Shown here in pieces: positions 35,916 through 44,934 of a stretch of DNA of 61,809 bases. The notes under the pieces were generated by a model. The model worked only from the letters and a program-made list of their open reading frames with translations, was not told the DNA's origin and ran no database searches. The stretch comes from Candidatus Eiseniibacteriota bacterium (GTDB lineage: Bacteria > Eisenbacteria > RBG-16-71-46 > SZUA-252): NCBI GenBank assembly GCA_041486815.1, contig JBGPMG010000001.1:1-61809 (forward strand), given 5' to 3'. Made by a program: the position numbers and the translations under genes. Every line of letters begins with the position of its first letter. Positions within the stretch are counted from its first letter, which is position 1.

Positions 35916-37739
35916 GTGATTCGTCACATCGCTAGGTTTGTCGGTTCCACGCTTGTTCTGCTCGCGGTCGCCCTCCTTGCCCCACCGGCTCCCATCGCCG
36001 CGACGACGGTGCCACGTTCGGGCGGTCGCTCGATTCCGACTGTGCCCCCTGGTGCCTGGCCGGGTGGGCGCCCATCGAACCTCGGACCGCGGCACACTTC
36101 GCGGGCTCTCGCATTTGTTCCGGGAGAAATCGTGGTCATTTCCAAGAGAGGGCTGCTCGACGCGACTCGCGGAGCGGCGCCTCTTTCTCGCGACGCCCGC
36201 GTGACCACTCTATTCCGGACCTTCGGCCTGGAGCGGGCGCGCCGCGTGGGACCGACGGCGCGCCCCGGCAAAGAGCGGCGCGAGGAGATCTGGTTGCTGA
36301 CGAGCGGGCGACCCGGTTTCAATCCGGTTGAGGCGGCTCGCGCCTTTCAGGCGACAGGCGCTTTCCTCGCCGCGTGTCCCAACTACAAGTTCGACCTGCT
36401 CTCGACGATCCCCGACGACCTCTACCTCATCTATCAGTGGTATGTGGACGACGGCGGCTTTGCCGACGTGAGCCTGCCACTCGCCTGGGACCTGGAACGC
36501 GGGGACACATCGACGGTAATCGCGATCATCGACACGGGCGTGGACGCCACGCACCCCGATCTGGCGAGCCAAATCTGGCACAACCCGGGGGAAATCCCAG
36601 GGAACGGGCTCGACGACGATGGCAACGGACTCGTTGACGACTTCGAGGGGTGGGATTTCGGCACCAACGACAACGATCCGGAGCCCGAATATACGGCGGA
36701 CGCTTCAGGGATCGATGTGGGCTTCCACGGCACCTTCTGCGCCGGCATCGCGGCAGCGGCCACGAACAACGCGGACGGGATCGCCGGCGCCGGCTGGAAC
36801 TGCCGCATCATGCCGCTCAAAGTCTCGCACCCCGTCGACGGAATCACTTCGGACGCGATCGCGGGAGCGTTCGTGTACGCGATTGACCAGGGCGCGTCTG
36901 TGATTTCCATGAGCTTCGGCGGCCCGGGCGACCCGGGAGTGCCGGAGTTTTTCCAGGCGCTTGCGGATATGGCCACGACGTCGGGAGTGCTCTGCGTGGC
37001 CGCCGCGGGGAATGACGGCGACAGCGTCCGAGTCTACCCGGCAGCGTGCGACAACGTCCTCGCCGTCGCGGCGACCGACTTCGACAACGCCCGGGCTTCG
37101 TTCTCGAACTGGGGCTCGTGGGTGGATGTCGCGGCACCCGGAAGCCTCATGTGGTCGACGATCGCTCAGAACTACACGCTTACCGATCTGGACCAGCTCT
37201 TTTACATCTTGCTCTTCAACTGGGACGGCGTGAATCCCTACATGTACGGCGATGGCACGTCATTCGCGTGTCCGCTGACGGCGGGTGTGTGCGCGCTGGT
37301 GCGTGCCCGATATCCCTACCTGACGCCACAGCTCGTGGCGCAGCACGTGGTCGCCACCGGCGACGCTGTCGCCTACGATCAACCGATCGGCGTAAAGCTG
37401 AATGCGTTCCGCGCCGTGAGCAGCGTGCCCACCGCGGTGGCGCTCGATTCAGGCGTGCCCACCCTCGCTCGCGTCGATGCCACCCCCAACCCCCTCTTCG
37501 GATCGGGATCGATCCGCTTTGTCCTTCCGGCCGCGGGGCGAGCGAGTCTCGCGTTGTACGACGCCACGGGACGGCGCGTCCGCAGGCTATTCGAGGGGAA
37601 TTTGCCGGCGGGTCCGCACCTGGCGCACTGGGACGGCCGAAACGACCGGGGAGCGTCGCTCGCCGCGGCTGTCTACTTCGCGCGGCTCGAGAGCAAGGGA
37701 ACGGTGGCGACCACGAAGGTCGTATTGATGAATCGTTGA
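35916..37739 (+). CDS. secreted S8 (subtilisin-family) serine peptidase with a C-terminal FlgD-Ig / T9SS-type sorting-like domain
   Basis: Track ORF 35811..37739 trimmed to GTG 35916, which gives the signal peptide VIRHIARFVGSTLVLLAVALLAPPAPIAA. Catalytic triad contexts: IIDTGVD (Asp), HGTFCAGI (His), GTSFACP (Ser). C-terminal domain: PNPLFGSGSIRFVLP..LALYDATGRRVRRL..WDGRND..AAAVYFARL. Confidence 0.9.
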   Translation: MIRHIARFVGSTLVLLAVALLAPPAPIAATTVPRSGGRSIPTVPPGAWPGGRPSNLGPRHTSRALAFVPGEIVVISKRGLLDATRGAAPLSRDARVTTLFRTFGLERARRVGPTARPGKERREEIWLLTSGRPGFNPVEAARAFQATGAFLAACPNYKFDLLSTIPDDLYLIYQWYVDDGGFADVSLPLAWDLERGDTSTVIAIIDTGVDATHPDLASQIWHNPGEIPGNGLDDDGNGLVDDFEGWDFGTNDNDPEPEYTADASGIDVGFHGTFCAGIAAAATNNADGIAGAGWNCRIMPLKVSHPVDGITSDAIAGAFVYAIDQGASVISMSFGGPGDPGVPEFFQALADMATTSGVLCVAAAGNDGDSVRVYPAACDNVLAVAATDFDNARASFSNWGSWVDVAAPGSLMWSTIAQNYTLTDLDQLFYILLFNWDGVNPYMYGDGTSFACPLTAGVCALVRARYPYLTPQLVAQHVVATGDAVAYDQPIGVKLNAFRAVSSVPTAVALDSGVPTLARVDATPNPLFGSGSIRFVLPAAGRASLALYDATGRRVRRLFEGNLPAGPHLAHWDGRNDRGASLAAAVYFARLESKGTVATTKVVLMNR

Positions 37740-37767
37740 TGCAGGTGAGTCGGCGGGGAGGTAGGCA

Positions 37768-38688
37768 ATGCGGCTGATGCGGCTCAGCGACGTGCCAAAG
37801 ATCGAGCGGGATCACGTATTTCGGTACTCGCAGGCGCGTGCCGCCACGTTCTCGCTGGCTGCTTTCGCTGCCGTCGCGTTCCTGCTGTGGCTCGCGTGGA
37901 GCCGGCACTCCGGTTTGGCCGCCTACCTCGCGGCGGTCATGGTCCTTGGGATGATCGTGATGCGCAGGTTCATCCTCGCGCGATTTCTGCCCTCGAACTG
38001 GTTGGTACGCGTGAGCGACGGCGGACTCTTCGTACAGTTTCGCTCGTACCTAAACAATCACTTCCCCGCGGACGATCTGACTGTCGTCTTCATCTCGTAT
38101 TCGGGGATTCGATCCGCCCGGCGCGTGACGGAACGGCGGGACATCCTCGAGAAGGACCCCGAGTGGCATCGAGTGGACCGCGTCACGCGGCAGACGCGCC
38201 ATCTCGTGGAGCTTGAGCTTGCGGGCGATTCTTTGCCGCTGGCCGGGGCCCTGGATGGCGAAGTCTCCCGGAAGCCACCGACGGAGCGGCGCTGGTACGG
38301 CACGTCGGGCACGAAGTACAACCACGCGCCGGTATGGCTAGTGAGCCCAAATCTCTTGGACGTGGAGTGGGGCGTTGCTCCAGGCGCCGGCTCGTTTCTC
38401 GAGGCTCTCCGGCCGCACGCCAGAATCGAAGTGCCGGCTGAGGTGACCGAGGACTACTCGCGCCTCAAGGGTCTGAGCCGGGAAGAGCAGGAGCGCCGCA
38501 TCGCCGCCCTCGCCGGATCCGGGCAGGTCATCTCCGCCGTGTACCTCACGCGGCGACTGTTCGCGTACGACCTCACCCAAGCCCGAGGTTTTGTTGACGG
38601 CTTGCTCGGCCGCGGGGCGACCGCCGGCAACATACCCCCTTGGCGGAGCGCGCAGTCCGGGGGCGAGCGTCCGCACGGCGCGGCGTAG
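37768..38688 (+). CDS. membrane protein: TM hairpin, bPH-like segment, and a C-terminal L7/L12-CTD-like helix motif
   Basis: 306-aa ORF. Two TM segments (FSLAAFAAVAFLLWLAW, LAAYLAAVMVLGMIVM), then WLVRVSDGGLFVQFRS..VVFISYSGIRSARRV. Near the C-terminus, GQVISAVYLTRRLFAYDLTQARGFVDGL resembles the AIKxxRExTGxGLxEAKxxVD motif. Confidence 0.6.
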   Translation: MRLMRLSDVPKIERDHVFRYSQARAATFSLAAFAAVAFLLWLAWSRHSGLAAYLAAVMVLGMIVMRRFILARFLPSNWLVRVSDGGLFVQFRSYLNNHFPADDLTVVFISYSGIRSARRVTERRDILEKDPEWHRVDRVTRQTRHLVELELAGDSLPLAGALDGEVSRKPPTERRWYGTSGTKYNHAPVWLVSPNLLDVEWGVAPGAGSFLEALRPHARIEVPAEVTEDYSRLKGLSREEQERRIAALAGSGQVISAVYLTRRLFAYDLTQARGFVDGLLGRGATAGNIPPWRSAQSGGERPHGAA

Positions 38689-38712
38689 TCCGTCCGCCCC
38701 GGAGCCTCGACC

Positions 38713-39777
38713 ATGCGCCTCCTCGTACAGCTTCTCGCCGCCTTCGCTGTAGCTGCTCTCGGCGTCGCTGCCGGCTGTTCCACCGGCACGGCCCCCACCC
38801 AGCCTTTACTGCCGCCGGGCTCCGGTGGCTCGGTGTCTGACAGCATCGGATTGCTCGAAGACTTCTCCTCGCGACAGGTGTTTCCCGCCGACAACTGGTG
38901 GAACCTGGATATATCGAGCGCACCTGTCGATTCGCAGTCACAAGACTTGATCGACTGGATCAGCGGCCGAACCCCACAAAACCCGACGGCCACGCGCATC
39001 GTCCATCCCGATTTCGGGCCGCCGCCCTACGGCATTCCCTATGTGGCAGTCGGTGCAAACGAGACGCTCGCCCTGGTGACGTTTGCTCCCTACGGGAGTC
39101 AGAGCGATGTGGGCGCGTACGCGCGGCCACCGGGGTACCCGATTCCGACGCAAGCACGGACACAGGCCAATTACATCGAGGGTGCAGCTCCGGGTGGTGG
39201 GTCGAGCGGCGACCGACATCTGATCGTCATCGATCGCGAGCGCTGGCTCCTCTACGAAACCTGGGCGACCCGCTGGAATTCGGCTGCACCCCGCTGGGAG
39301 GCGGGCTCGGGAGCCACATTCGATCTCTCGTCGAACGCGCGACGCACGGACGGGTGGACCTCGGCCGATGCCGCGGGCCTCGCGATCTTCCCGGGTCTGG
39401 TACGCCATGACGAGGTCGCGGCCGGCGGCCCGATCACACACGCGTTTCGTGTCACGACGCGCGCGACGAACGGCTACGTGTGGCCGGCCTCGCACCAGGC
39501 CGGCAGCACCGTGGGCGCTCCCCCGATGGGGACGCGGCTACGACTCAAGTCCTCCGTCGACATCAGCGGGTACCCGGCCGACGTGCGGAAGATTTTCCAG
39601 GCCATGAAGACGTACGGCCTGATCGTGGCCGACAACGGCACCGACATGTACGTCTCGGGCACCATGGATCCGGCTTGGGACAATGACGTGCTGAATCCCG
39701 CGTTTCACAGCCTCACCGCTGATGACTTCGAGGTTATTCAACTGGCCTGGGGCGCCGGGCTGACCACTTCGCCCTGA
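38713..39777 (+). CDS. lipoprotein / secreted protein of unknown function
   Basis: 354-aa ORF with the signal and lipobox AALGVAAGC. Codon usage looks genuine throughout. Confidence 0.75.
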   Translation: MRLLVQLLAAFAVAALGVAAGCSTGTAPTQPLLPPGSGGSVSDSIGLLEDFSSRQVFPADNWWNLDISSAPVDSQSQDLIDWISGRTPQNPTATRIVHPDFGPPPYGIPYVAVGANETLALVTFAPYGSQSDVGAYARPPGYPIPTQARTQANYIEGAAPGGGSSGDRHLIVIDRERWLLYETWATRWNSAAPRWEAGSGATFDLSSNARRTDGWTSADAAGLAIFPGLVRHDEVAAGGPITHAFRVTTRATNGYVWPASHQAGSTVGAPPMGTRLRLKSSVDISGYPADVRKIFQAMKTYGLIVADNGTDMYVSGTMDPAWDNDVLNPAFHSLTADDFEVIQLAWGAGLTTSP

Positions 39778-39781
39778 CGCG

Positions 39782-40170
39782 CTAGTGGCCGGTGTCGGGC
39801 TCAGTGTACGCGCACCCGGCGTGCGTATCTCGCCGATCCTGAGCAGGGCGATCATTGAGTACTGCCGATCCGACATGCCGTCGCCGCACGTTCCCTGCCG
39901 GATACGCAATTCCAGGATTCGAGGGCCCGACTCGCCGGTTGGAAGGTCGCGCCGCGTGCGGAAGATGCGTGCATCGCCCTCCTCGAGCGCGGGAACCGGT
40001 GGAAATCGGTAACCCTCCTGATGCGGTCCGGGTTCTCCTGGCGCGCCCGGGGCGTGCACGGAGTCGGTCCTCGCCGTCGTCGTACCACTCCGCGATTCGG
40101 CCGGAGTACGTTGGGCACACCCGCTAAGGGTGAAGAGCGCGATTATCGCGACAGCGTATCCGAGCTTCAT
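39782..40170 (-). pseudogene. small lipoprotein gene that appears frameshifted (or carries an assembly indel)
   Basis: ATG 40170 gives MKLGYAVAIIALFTLSGC..TCGDGMSDRQYSMIALLRIGE. That frame then runs 240 nt antisense into the convergent gene, to 39538. A second frame (track ORF 39782..40120) ends ..DTHAGCAYTEPDTGH* just outside that gene. The 389-nt span is not a multiple of 3. Confidence 0.4.
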
Positions 40171-40260
40171 AAGATGGGAATTGCGCCCCTGCCCAATAAA
40201 ACCTGATGGCGACACCCGCGACTGTAGAGTAGCAGGATTCCAATCGAGTAATCTCCCGGT

Positions 40261-41937
40261 GTGAAGGGGTCCCGCACCGAGCCTCAGCTCCAAGCCTCCG
40301 CGGCGTTTCTCATCTTCGCGTTCGCCCTGGCGCTCCGCCTGGCTCATGTCCTGGCCATGCGCCAGAGCCCCTACTTCGATCACCCGCTGGTCGACGCCTA
40401 CACGTACCACGAGGCCGCCCGATCGATCGCGGCCGGCGACGGGCATCCGGACAAGATCTTCTGGCAACCGCCGGGGTATCCCTACTTCCTCGGGCTCATC
40501 TATTGGGCGGTGGGAGGCGTCAACTTCCTCGCCCCCCGTATCATTCAAGCCGTACTCGGCGCGTTCGCCGCGGTCCTCACAGCTTGGATAGGAGCCAGGC
40601 AGTTCGGGCGCGCCGTGGGCATCGCGGCCGGCCTGACGGTCGCGCTCTATGGGACGCTCATCTACTTCGACGGGGAGCTTCTTGGAGTCTCGCTCACCGT
40701 GGCGCTCCAGCTCGGCGCCGTCGCGCTGGCCCTGCTTGCCTGTAGTGGGGAGCGATCCCAAGTTCTCTGGCTTGCCGCGGGCGCGTTGGCAGGGCTCGCT
40801 TCGGTCGTGACGGCGACATCGCTGGTATTTGTTGGGATCTTCACCGTCTTCGCGCGCCGCCTCGCCCCTTGGTGTCTCATCGGAGCGGTGCTCGCTATCG
40901 CACCGGTCACGATCCGTAATCTGGTGAAGGGCGGCGAGCTGATCCCGATCTCCTGGAATGGGGGAGTCAACCTCTACGTCGGGAACAATCCTCGTTACGA
41001 CGAGGTCGTCGCGGTGCGCCCGGATCTGAGATGGAAAGACCTAACCGCCGAACCGGTCCGGCACGGGATCTGGTCCAAGGGAGGCGCCTCGAACTATTTC
41101 GTGCGCAAGGTCACCGATTGGGCGATCCGGGATCCCGTGGCCTTTCTCGAACTTCAGCTACGGAAGCTCCGCCTTCTCCTCGGAGGAGACGAGATCTTCC
41201 GGAACCAGGCGATCTATCCCGCCCGCGAGTATTCGCCTGTCCTCTCCGCGCTCCTCTGGAAAGCGCCCGGGATCGCGTTCCCGTTCGGGGTGCTCATTCC
41301 ACTGTCGATCCTAGGACTCGTGTTCGCCTGGAAACGGGCGCCACTCATGGCCTGGATCGTTGTGATCTATGCACTCGCCAACGTGGCGTTCTTCATCGCG
41401 GCCCGGTACCGGGTGCCGATGGTCCCATACCTAGCGGTGTTTGCCGCTCAGGGCGTTCGCTGGTTCCTCGTGGAAGCGAAGCGCGCTGCCCGAGCCGTCG
41501 CCGTGGCGGGTGTTGTTGGAATCTATGCGCTCTCGAACATTGGAGCAGGGCCGATGCCGGCGCGGATGAACGCGGACGCGGAGCTCAGCCTTGCGGGATT
41601 CCTACACATGGAGAATCGCCTGGATGAGGCGCGACGCCATTACCTGCTGTCGATCGAAGAGCGGGCAGATGATCCGGAACCGTGGGCTGACCTGGGCGCG
41701 CTGGAAATGGACCAGGGCCGATTCGAGCCCGCGGAGCGAGCCCTTGGCGAGGCATTGAGGATCCAGCCTGAATACGGGGGCGCGCTTCTCGCTCTGGGAG
41801 CGTTGCGGGAGCGGGAAGGCCGCTTTCAGGAGGCCATTGATCTCTACGGCCGGGCGGCACGAGCGAACCCGAAAGACACGTGGTCGCGGGCAAGAGTGAT
41901 GGTGTTGAGTCGGCGCCTCGGAATTCTTGCCCGCTAG
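40261..41937 (+). CDS. GT-C (PMT/ArnT-like, GT39/83-type) membrane glycosyltransferase fused to C-terminal TPR repeats
   Basis: 558-aa ORF with a GTG start. SPYFDHPLVDAYTYHEAARSIAAGDG..WQPPGYPYFLGLIYW, then about 10 TM segments. The last 130 aa or so carry TPR-like repeats (EARRHYLLSIE.., AERALGEALRIQP.., EAIDLYGRAARANP). Confidence 0.85.
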   Translation: MKGSRTEPQLQASAAFLIFAFALALRLAHVLAMRQSPYFDHPLVDAYTYHEAARSIAAGDGHPDKIFWQPPGYPYFLGLIYWAVGGVNFLAPRIIQAVLGAFAAVLTAWIGARQFGRAVGIAAGLTVALYGTLIYFDGELLGVSLTVALQLGAVALALLACSGERSQVLWLAAGALAGLASVVTATSLVFVGIFTVFARRLAPWCLIGAVLAIAPVTIRNLVKGGELIPISWNGGVNLYVGNNPRYDEVVAVRPDLRWKDLTAEPVRHGIWSKGGASNYFVRKVTDWAIRDPVAFLELQLRKLRLLLGGDEIFRNQAIYPAREYSPVLSALLWKAPGIAFPFGVLIPLSILGLVFAWKRAPLMAWIVVIYALANVAFFIAARYRVPMVPYLAVFAAQGVRWFLVEAKRAARAVAVAGVVGIYALSNIGAGPMPARMNADAELSLAGFLHMENRLDEARRHYLLSIEERADDPEPWADLGALEMDQGRFEPAERALGEALRIQPEYGGALLALGALREREGRFQEAIDLYGRAARANPKDTWSRARVMVLSRRLGILAR

Positions 41938-43076
41938 CCGGCTCGGGCGACCGAGAGCGCGGCCGTGCGTTCATGGCCGGCTCCCGCGAGACCTTCGAGC
42001 TTCAGCGTGGCCTTCCAAGGTTTGCCGTCGGTGCCGGTGAAGCGCCACGTGCTGGTGCGCGACGCTGGGTTGGTGCCGGCCGAGCTCACCTTCACCCACT
42101 TGCCCTTCGCCAGCGCCTGCTCGATACGACCCATGAGGTCGGGCGTCGCGAGATCCGAGTGGCCGCTCAGGACAATGTCCCATCGGTTCGTGTCGCCCTC
42201 GGTACGGACCAGGTTCCACTTGCCGACGTCGTCCAGTTGGATGGCGGGAATCTGGTGATCGGCGAGCGCCGCGCGCGCGAATCCGCCGTTCGGCTTCCAG
42301 TCGTACTCCTCGCCGAGCGCGACATCCTGCGCGTACCCGCTGCCGAACATCCGCCCGATGACGTGCAGTGCGCCGTCGATACCAGCGGAGAGGCCGGCGG
42401 TCGTGATGATCTTGCCGTTGTCGACGTAGCGCTTGTCGCCGACCACATGGATCTTCGGATACTCGCTCGTGAGCTTCGGGATGTTGTGGTACGTCGTCGT
42501 GGCCGTAAGGCCATCGAGCAGCCCAGCGTTCGCGAGGATGAAGGCGCCGTTACAGACGGACATGGTGTTGCTCGCGCGCGCGGTCACATCCCTGATGTAA
42601 CTGAGCGTCGCCTTGTCGCGGCTCGCTGCATACACTCCGCCGCCTGGCACCACGAGCACGTCCGGCTGGGGCGCGTCGGCGAACGAGTACTTGGGAACGA
42701 CCGTCAGACCCATGGCGGTCGTAATGGGGTCTTTCGTGGCGGCGACGGTGTAGACGTCGCACCCGGCGGCGCCGAACATCTCGTACGGACCCGTAAAGTC
42801 GAGGATCTCGGTGCCGGTGAAAACGAGAATGGCGACCCTCTTCTGGTCGGCACCTTGTGCCGGCTTCGGCGCGTCAGAGGATGCCTCGACGAGGGTCATT
42901 CCGCACGTGGGGCAGACCCCTGGGGCGGTGAACACGGTCGTGTCGCACGCCGTGCCGCAGGGCGGGCAGACGTAGCGTTTGCCGGCAGAGGCCGCCGGGC
43001 TCTCGACCGCAGCGGCTCCCGCGAGCAGGAAAAGAACGAACAGCAGCGGCGCGCCGAAGCGGAGCAGCGATTTCAT
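41934..43076 (-). CDS. secreted DJ-1/PfpI-family protein with an N-terminal CxxC..CxxCGM metal-binding motif
   Basis: 380-aa ORF. Signal peptide, then YVCPPCGTACDTTVFTAPGVCPTCGMTLVE (HMBD-like), then the DJ-1 core VAILVFTGTEILDFTGPYE..MSVCNGAFILANAGLLDG, plus an extra C-terminal domain of about 130 aa. Confidence 0.85.
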   Translation of the reverse strand: MKSLLRFGAPLLFVLFLLAGAAAVESPAASAGKRYVCPPCGTACDTTVFTAPGVCPTCGMTLVEASSDAPKPAQGADQKRVAILVFTGTEILDFTGPYEMFGAAGCDVYTVAATKDPITTAMGLTVVPKYSFADAPQPDVLVVPGGGVYAASRDKATLSYIRDVTARASNTMSVCNGAFILANAGLLDGLTATTTYHNIPKLTSEYPKIHVVGDKRYVDNGKIITTAGLSAGIDGALHVIGRMFGSGYAQDVALGEEYDWKPNGGFARAALADHQIPAIQLDDVGKWNLVRTEGDTNRWDIVLSGHSDLATPDLMGRIEQALAKGKWVKVSSAGTNPASRTSTWRFTGTDGKPWKATLKLEGLAGAGHERTAALSVARAG

Positions 43077-44158
43077 GAGGACCTCCTGCGTGGGGGCGAA
43101 ACGCCGTTCGGCGATTTCGCGGGTGAGTGCGAGTGGGTGAATCGCTCACGATACCGACCGGGCGCGATGCCGAGCGCGCGTTGGAAGGCGCGACGCATCG
43201 ACTCGGGAGTGCCGAGCCCGCTCTTCGCACAGATAGCCTCGAGCGGCTCGGAGGTTTCTTCGAGCAGACGGCGTGCGGTTTCGACGCGGACCGAAGCGAC
43301 AAATCGCGCGGGCGTCATGCCGACTTCCCGCGAGAAGACGCGCGCGAAGTTCCGCGGGCTCATCGCCACGCGGCCCGCGAGCCGGGCGATTGAGAGGTCG
43401 TCGGTCGGATGGTCCGCGATGTGCGACTGGAGGTCGCGCAGCAGTTCGTGCTCGGCGAGCTGCACCGACAACTGGGCGCTGAACTGCGATTGTCCCCCGG
43501 GCCGTTTCAAGAACATCACCAGCTCCCGGGCGGCCGCCAGGGCTACTTCTCGTCCGAAGTCGTCCTCGACCAGCGCCAGGGCGAGGTCCATCCCCGCGGT
43601 CACTCCCGCGGACGTATAAAGGGAGCCCTCGCGGACGAAGATCGTGTCCGGCTCGACCTGGACCTTAGGGAAGTCGCGCGCAAGATTAGCGCAATGGTTC
43701 CAGTGCGTCGTCGCCCGCCGCCCGTCGAGCAGCCGGGCTTCCGCGAGGAGGAAGGCGCCGGTGCAGATCGATGCGAGGCGGCGCACGAGGCCCGACTGGC
43801 GGCGGATCCATCGAAGGAGCGGCGCGTGGGAGCGGTGCTCCTCGACGCCAAGACCTCCGGCGATCAAGAGCGTGTCGATACCGCGGCCGACGTCGGCGAT
43901 CCCGCGATCGGCATGGAGGCGAAGCCCGGACGACGTCCGGAACGGGCCTCGCTTCAGACCGATGATCTCAACGTGATAGGCGTGATCCGCGCGCTTTCCG
44001 TTATCGCGCAGCCAACGGGACGTACGGGAGAAGACTTCGAGCGGTCCCATGACGTCCAGCACTTGGACGTTGGGGAAGGCGAGCATCGCGATCCGCATGG
44101 GACCGCGGCTCGCGGGCCGCAGGGCCGACGGCGGGCTGGTCTTCGTTGAGGGCGTCAT
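43073..44158 (-). CDS. GlxA-family regulator (DJ-1/PfpI domain plus AraC-type HTH)
   Basis: Track ORF 43073..44341 trimmed to ATG 44158. IAMLAFPNVQVLDVMGPLEVF..ICTGAFLLAEARLLDG, then AraC HTHs (LSIARLAGRVAMSPRNFARVF.., ICAKSGLGTPESMRRAF). It forms an ATGA overlap with the downstream DJ-1 gene. Confidence 0.9.
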   Translation of the reverse strand: MTPSTKTSPPSALRPASRGPMRIAMLAFPNVQVLDVMGPLEVFSRTSRWLRDNGKRADHAYHVEIIGLKRGPFRTSSGLRLHADRGIADVGRGIDTLLIAGGLGVEEHRSHAPLLRWIRRQSGLVRRLASICTGAFLLAEARLLDGRRATTHWNHCANLARDFPKVQVEPDTIFVREGSLYTSAGVTAGMDLALALVEDDFGREVALAAARELVMFLKRPGGQSQFSAQLSVQLAEHELLRDLQSHIADHPTDDLSIARLAGRVAMSPRNFARVFSREVGMTPARFVASVRVETARRLLEETSEPLEAICAKSGLGTPESMRRAFQRALGIAPGRYRERFTHSHSPAKSPNGVSPPRRRSS

Positions 44159-44331
44159 GCAGATATCATGGCAGCCTGGCAGGTTGGCAGCAATGACAAG
44201 GTAGCCACGTTTTCTGCCATCTTGGGACCCTGGTTGCCGCGGCTCCCCACGCCCCGAAAATGCCTGCAACCCTCGGAGGCCCTCGAAGCGTCTCCGGTAT
44301 GGGTACCCAAGGAGGAGTAGCCTCGAGGAAC

Positions 44332-44934
44332 ATGAGCTCACGCGCAGACACGGCCCGCTGGACCAGGCTCATCCGCCTTCTAAGGCCGATCCACGGGCAG
44401 GCCGTTGCCACGGCTCGAAGGCTGAGCCGGTCCCTCCACGACGGCGATGATCTTTATCAGGATGCCGTGCTGCGCGCGTACGACAAGTTGAACGGCCTGC
44501 GCGACGAGTCACGGTTTCGATCCTGGTTCTTCGCCACGCTCCTTTCGAGGCACCGCTCCCGGGTGAGGCGCCCACGCCGCGAGTCAGTGCCGATCGAGGA
44601 CATGCTCGGCCGCAGGGATGAGCCGGTCGGAGAAGACGGAGCCAGGCGGGAGGAGGAGCGTCGGCGGGCGGAGCGCGCGGCGCGAGCGCTGGGGGGGCTG
44701 CAGCCGGTCCAGCGCGAGGCGATCGTACTACACGACATCGATGGGTTCTCCGTCGAGGAAGTCGCGGACATGCAGGGGGTCACGGTCTCGGCCGTGAAGT
44801 CGCGCCTGGCCCGCGGCCGAGAGGAACTGCGGCGCTTCTACCTCCGATTCACGCGGGAGAGCGAAGGGTCGAGACTCGAGACGCTACCGGCCGGAGCCAT
44901 GGCCTGGCCGGCGAAGGAGAGATCCGATGAATGA
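44332..44934 (+). CDS. ECF-type RNA polymerase sigma factor
   Basis: Track ORF 44260..44934; ATG 44332 preferred, ATG 44299 possible. Region 2: DDLYQDAVLRAYDKL..FRSWFFATLLSRH. Region 4: LQPVQREAIVLHDIDGFSVEEVADMQGVTVSAVKSRLARGR. Confidence 0.85.
   Translation: MSSRADTARWTRLIRLLRPIHGQAVATARRLSRSLHDGDDLYQDAVLRAYDKLNGLRDESRFRSWFFATLLSRHRSRVRRPRRESVPIEDMLGRRDEPVGEDGARREEERRRAERAARALGGLQPVQREAIVLHDIDGFSVEEVADMQGVTVSAVKSRLARGREELRRFYLRFTRESEGSRLETLPAGAMAWPAKERSDE

Noticed and set aside
39538-40761. 407-aa minus-strand ORF spanning the 3' end of 38713..39777 and the 5' end of the GT-C/TPR gene.
   Set aside because: Only the central part (from ATG 40170) looks like a real lipoprotein. The upstream part is antisense to 40261..41937 and the downstream part is antisense to 38713..39777. 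It is treated as a frameshifted small gene instead.
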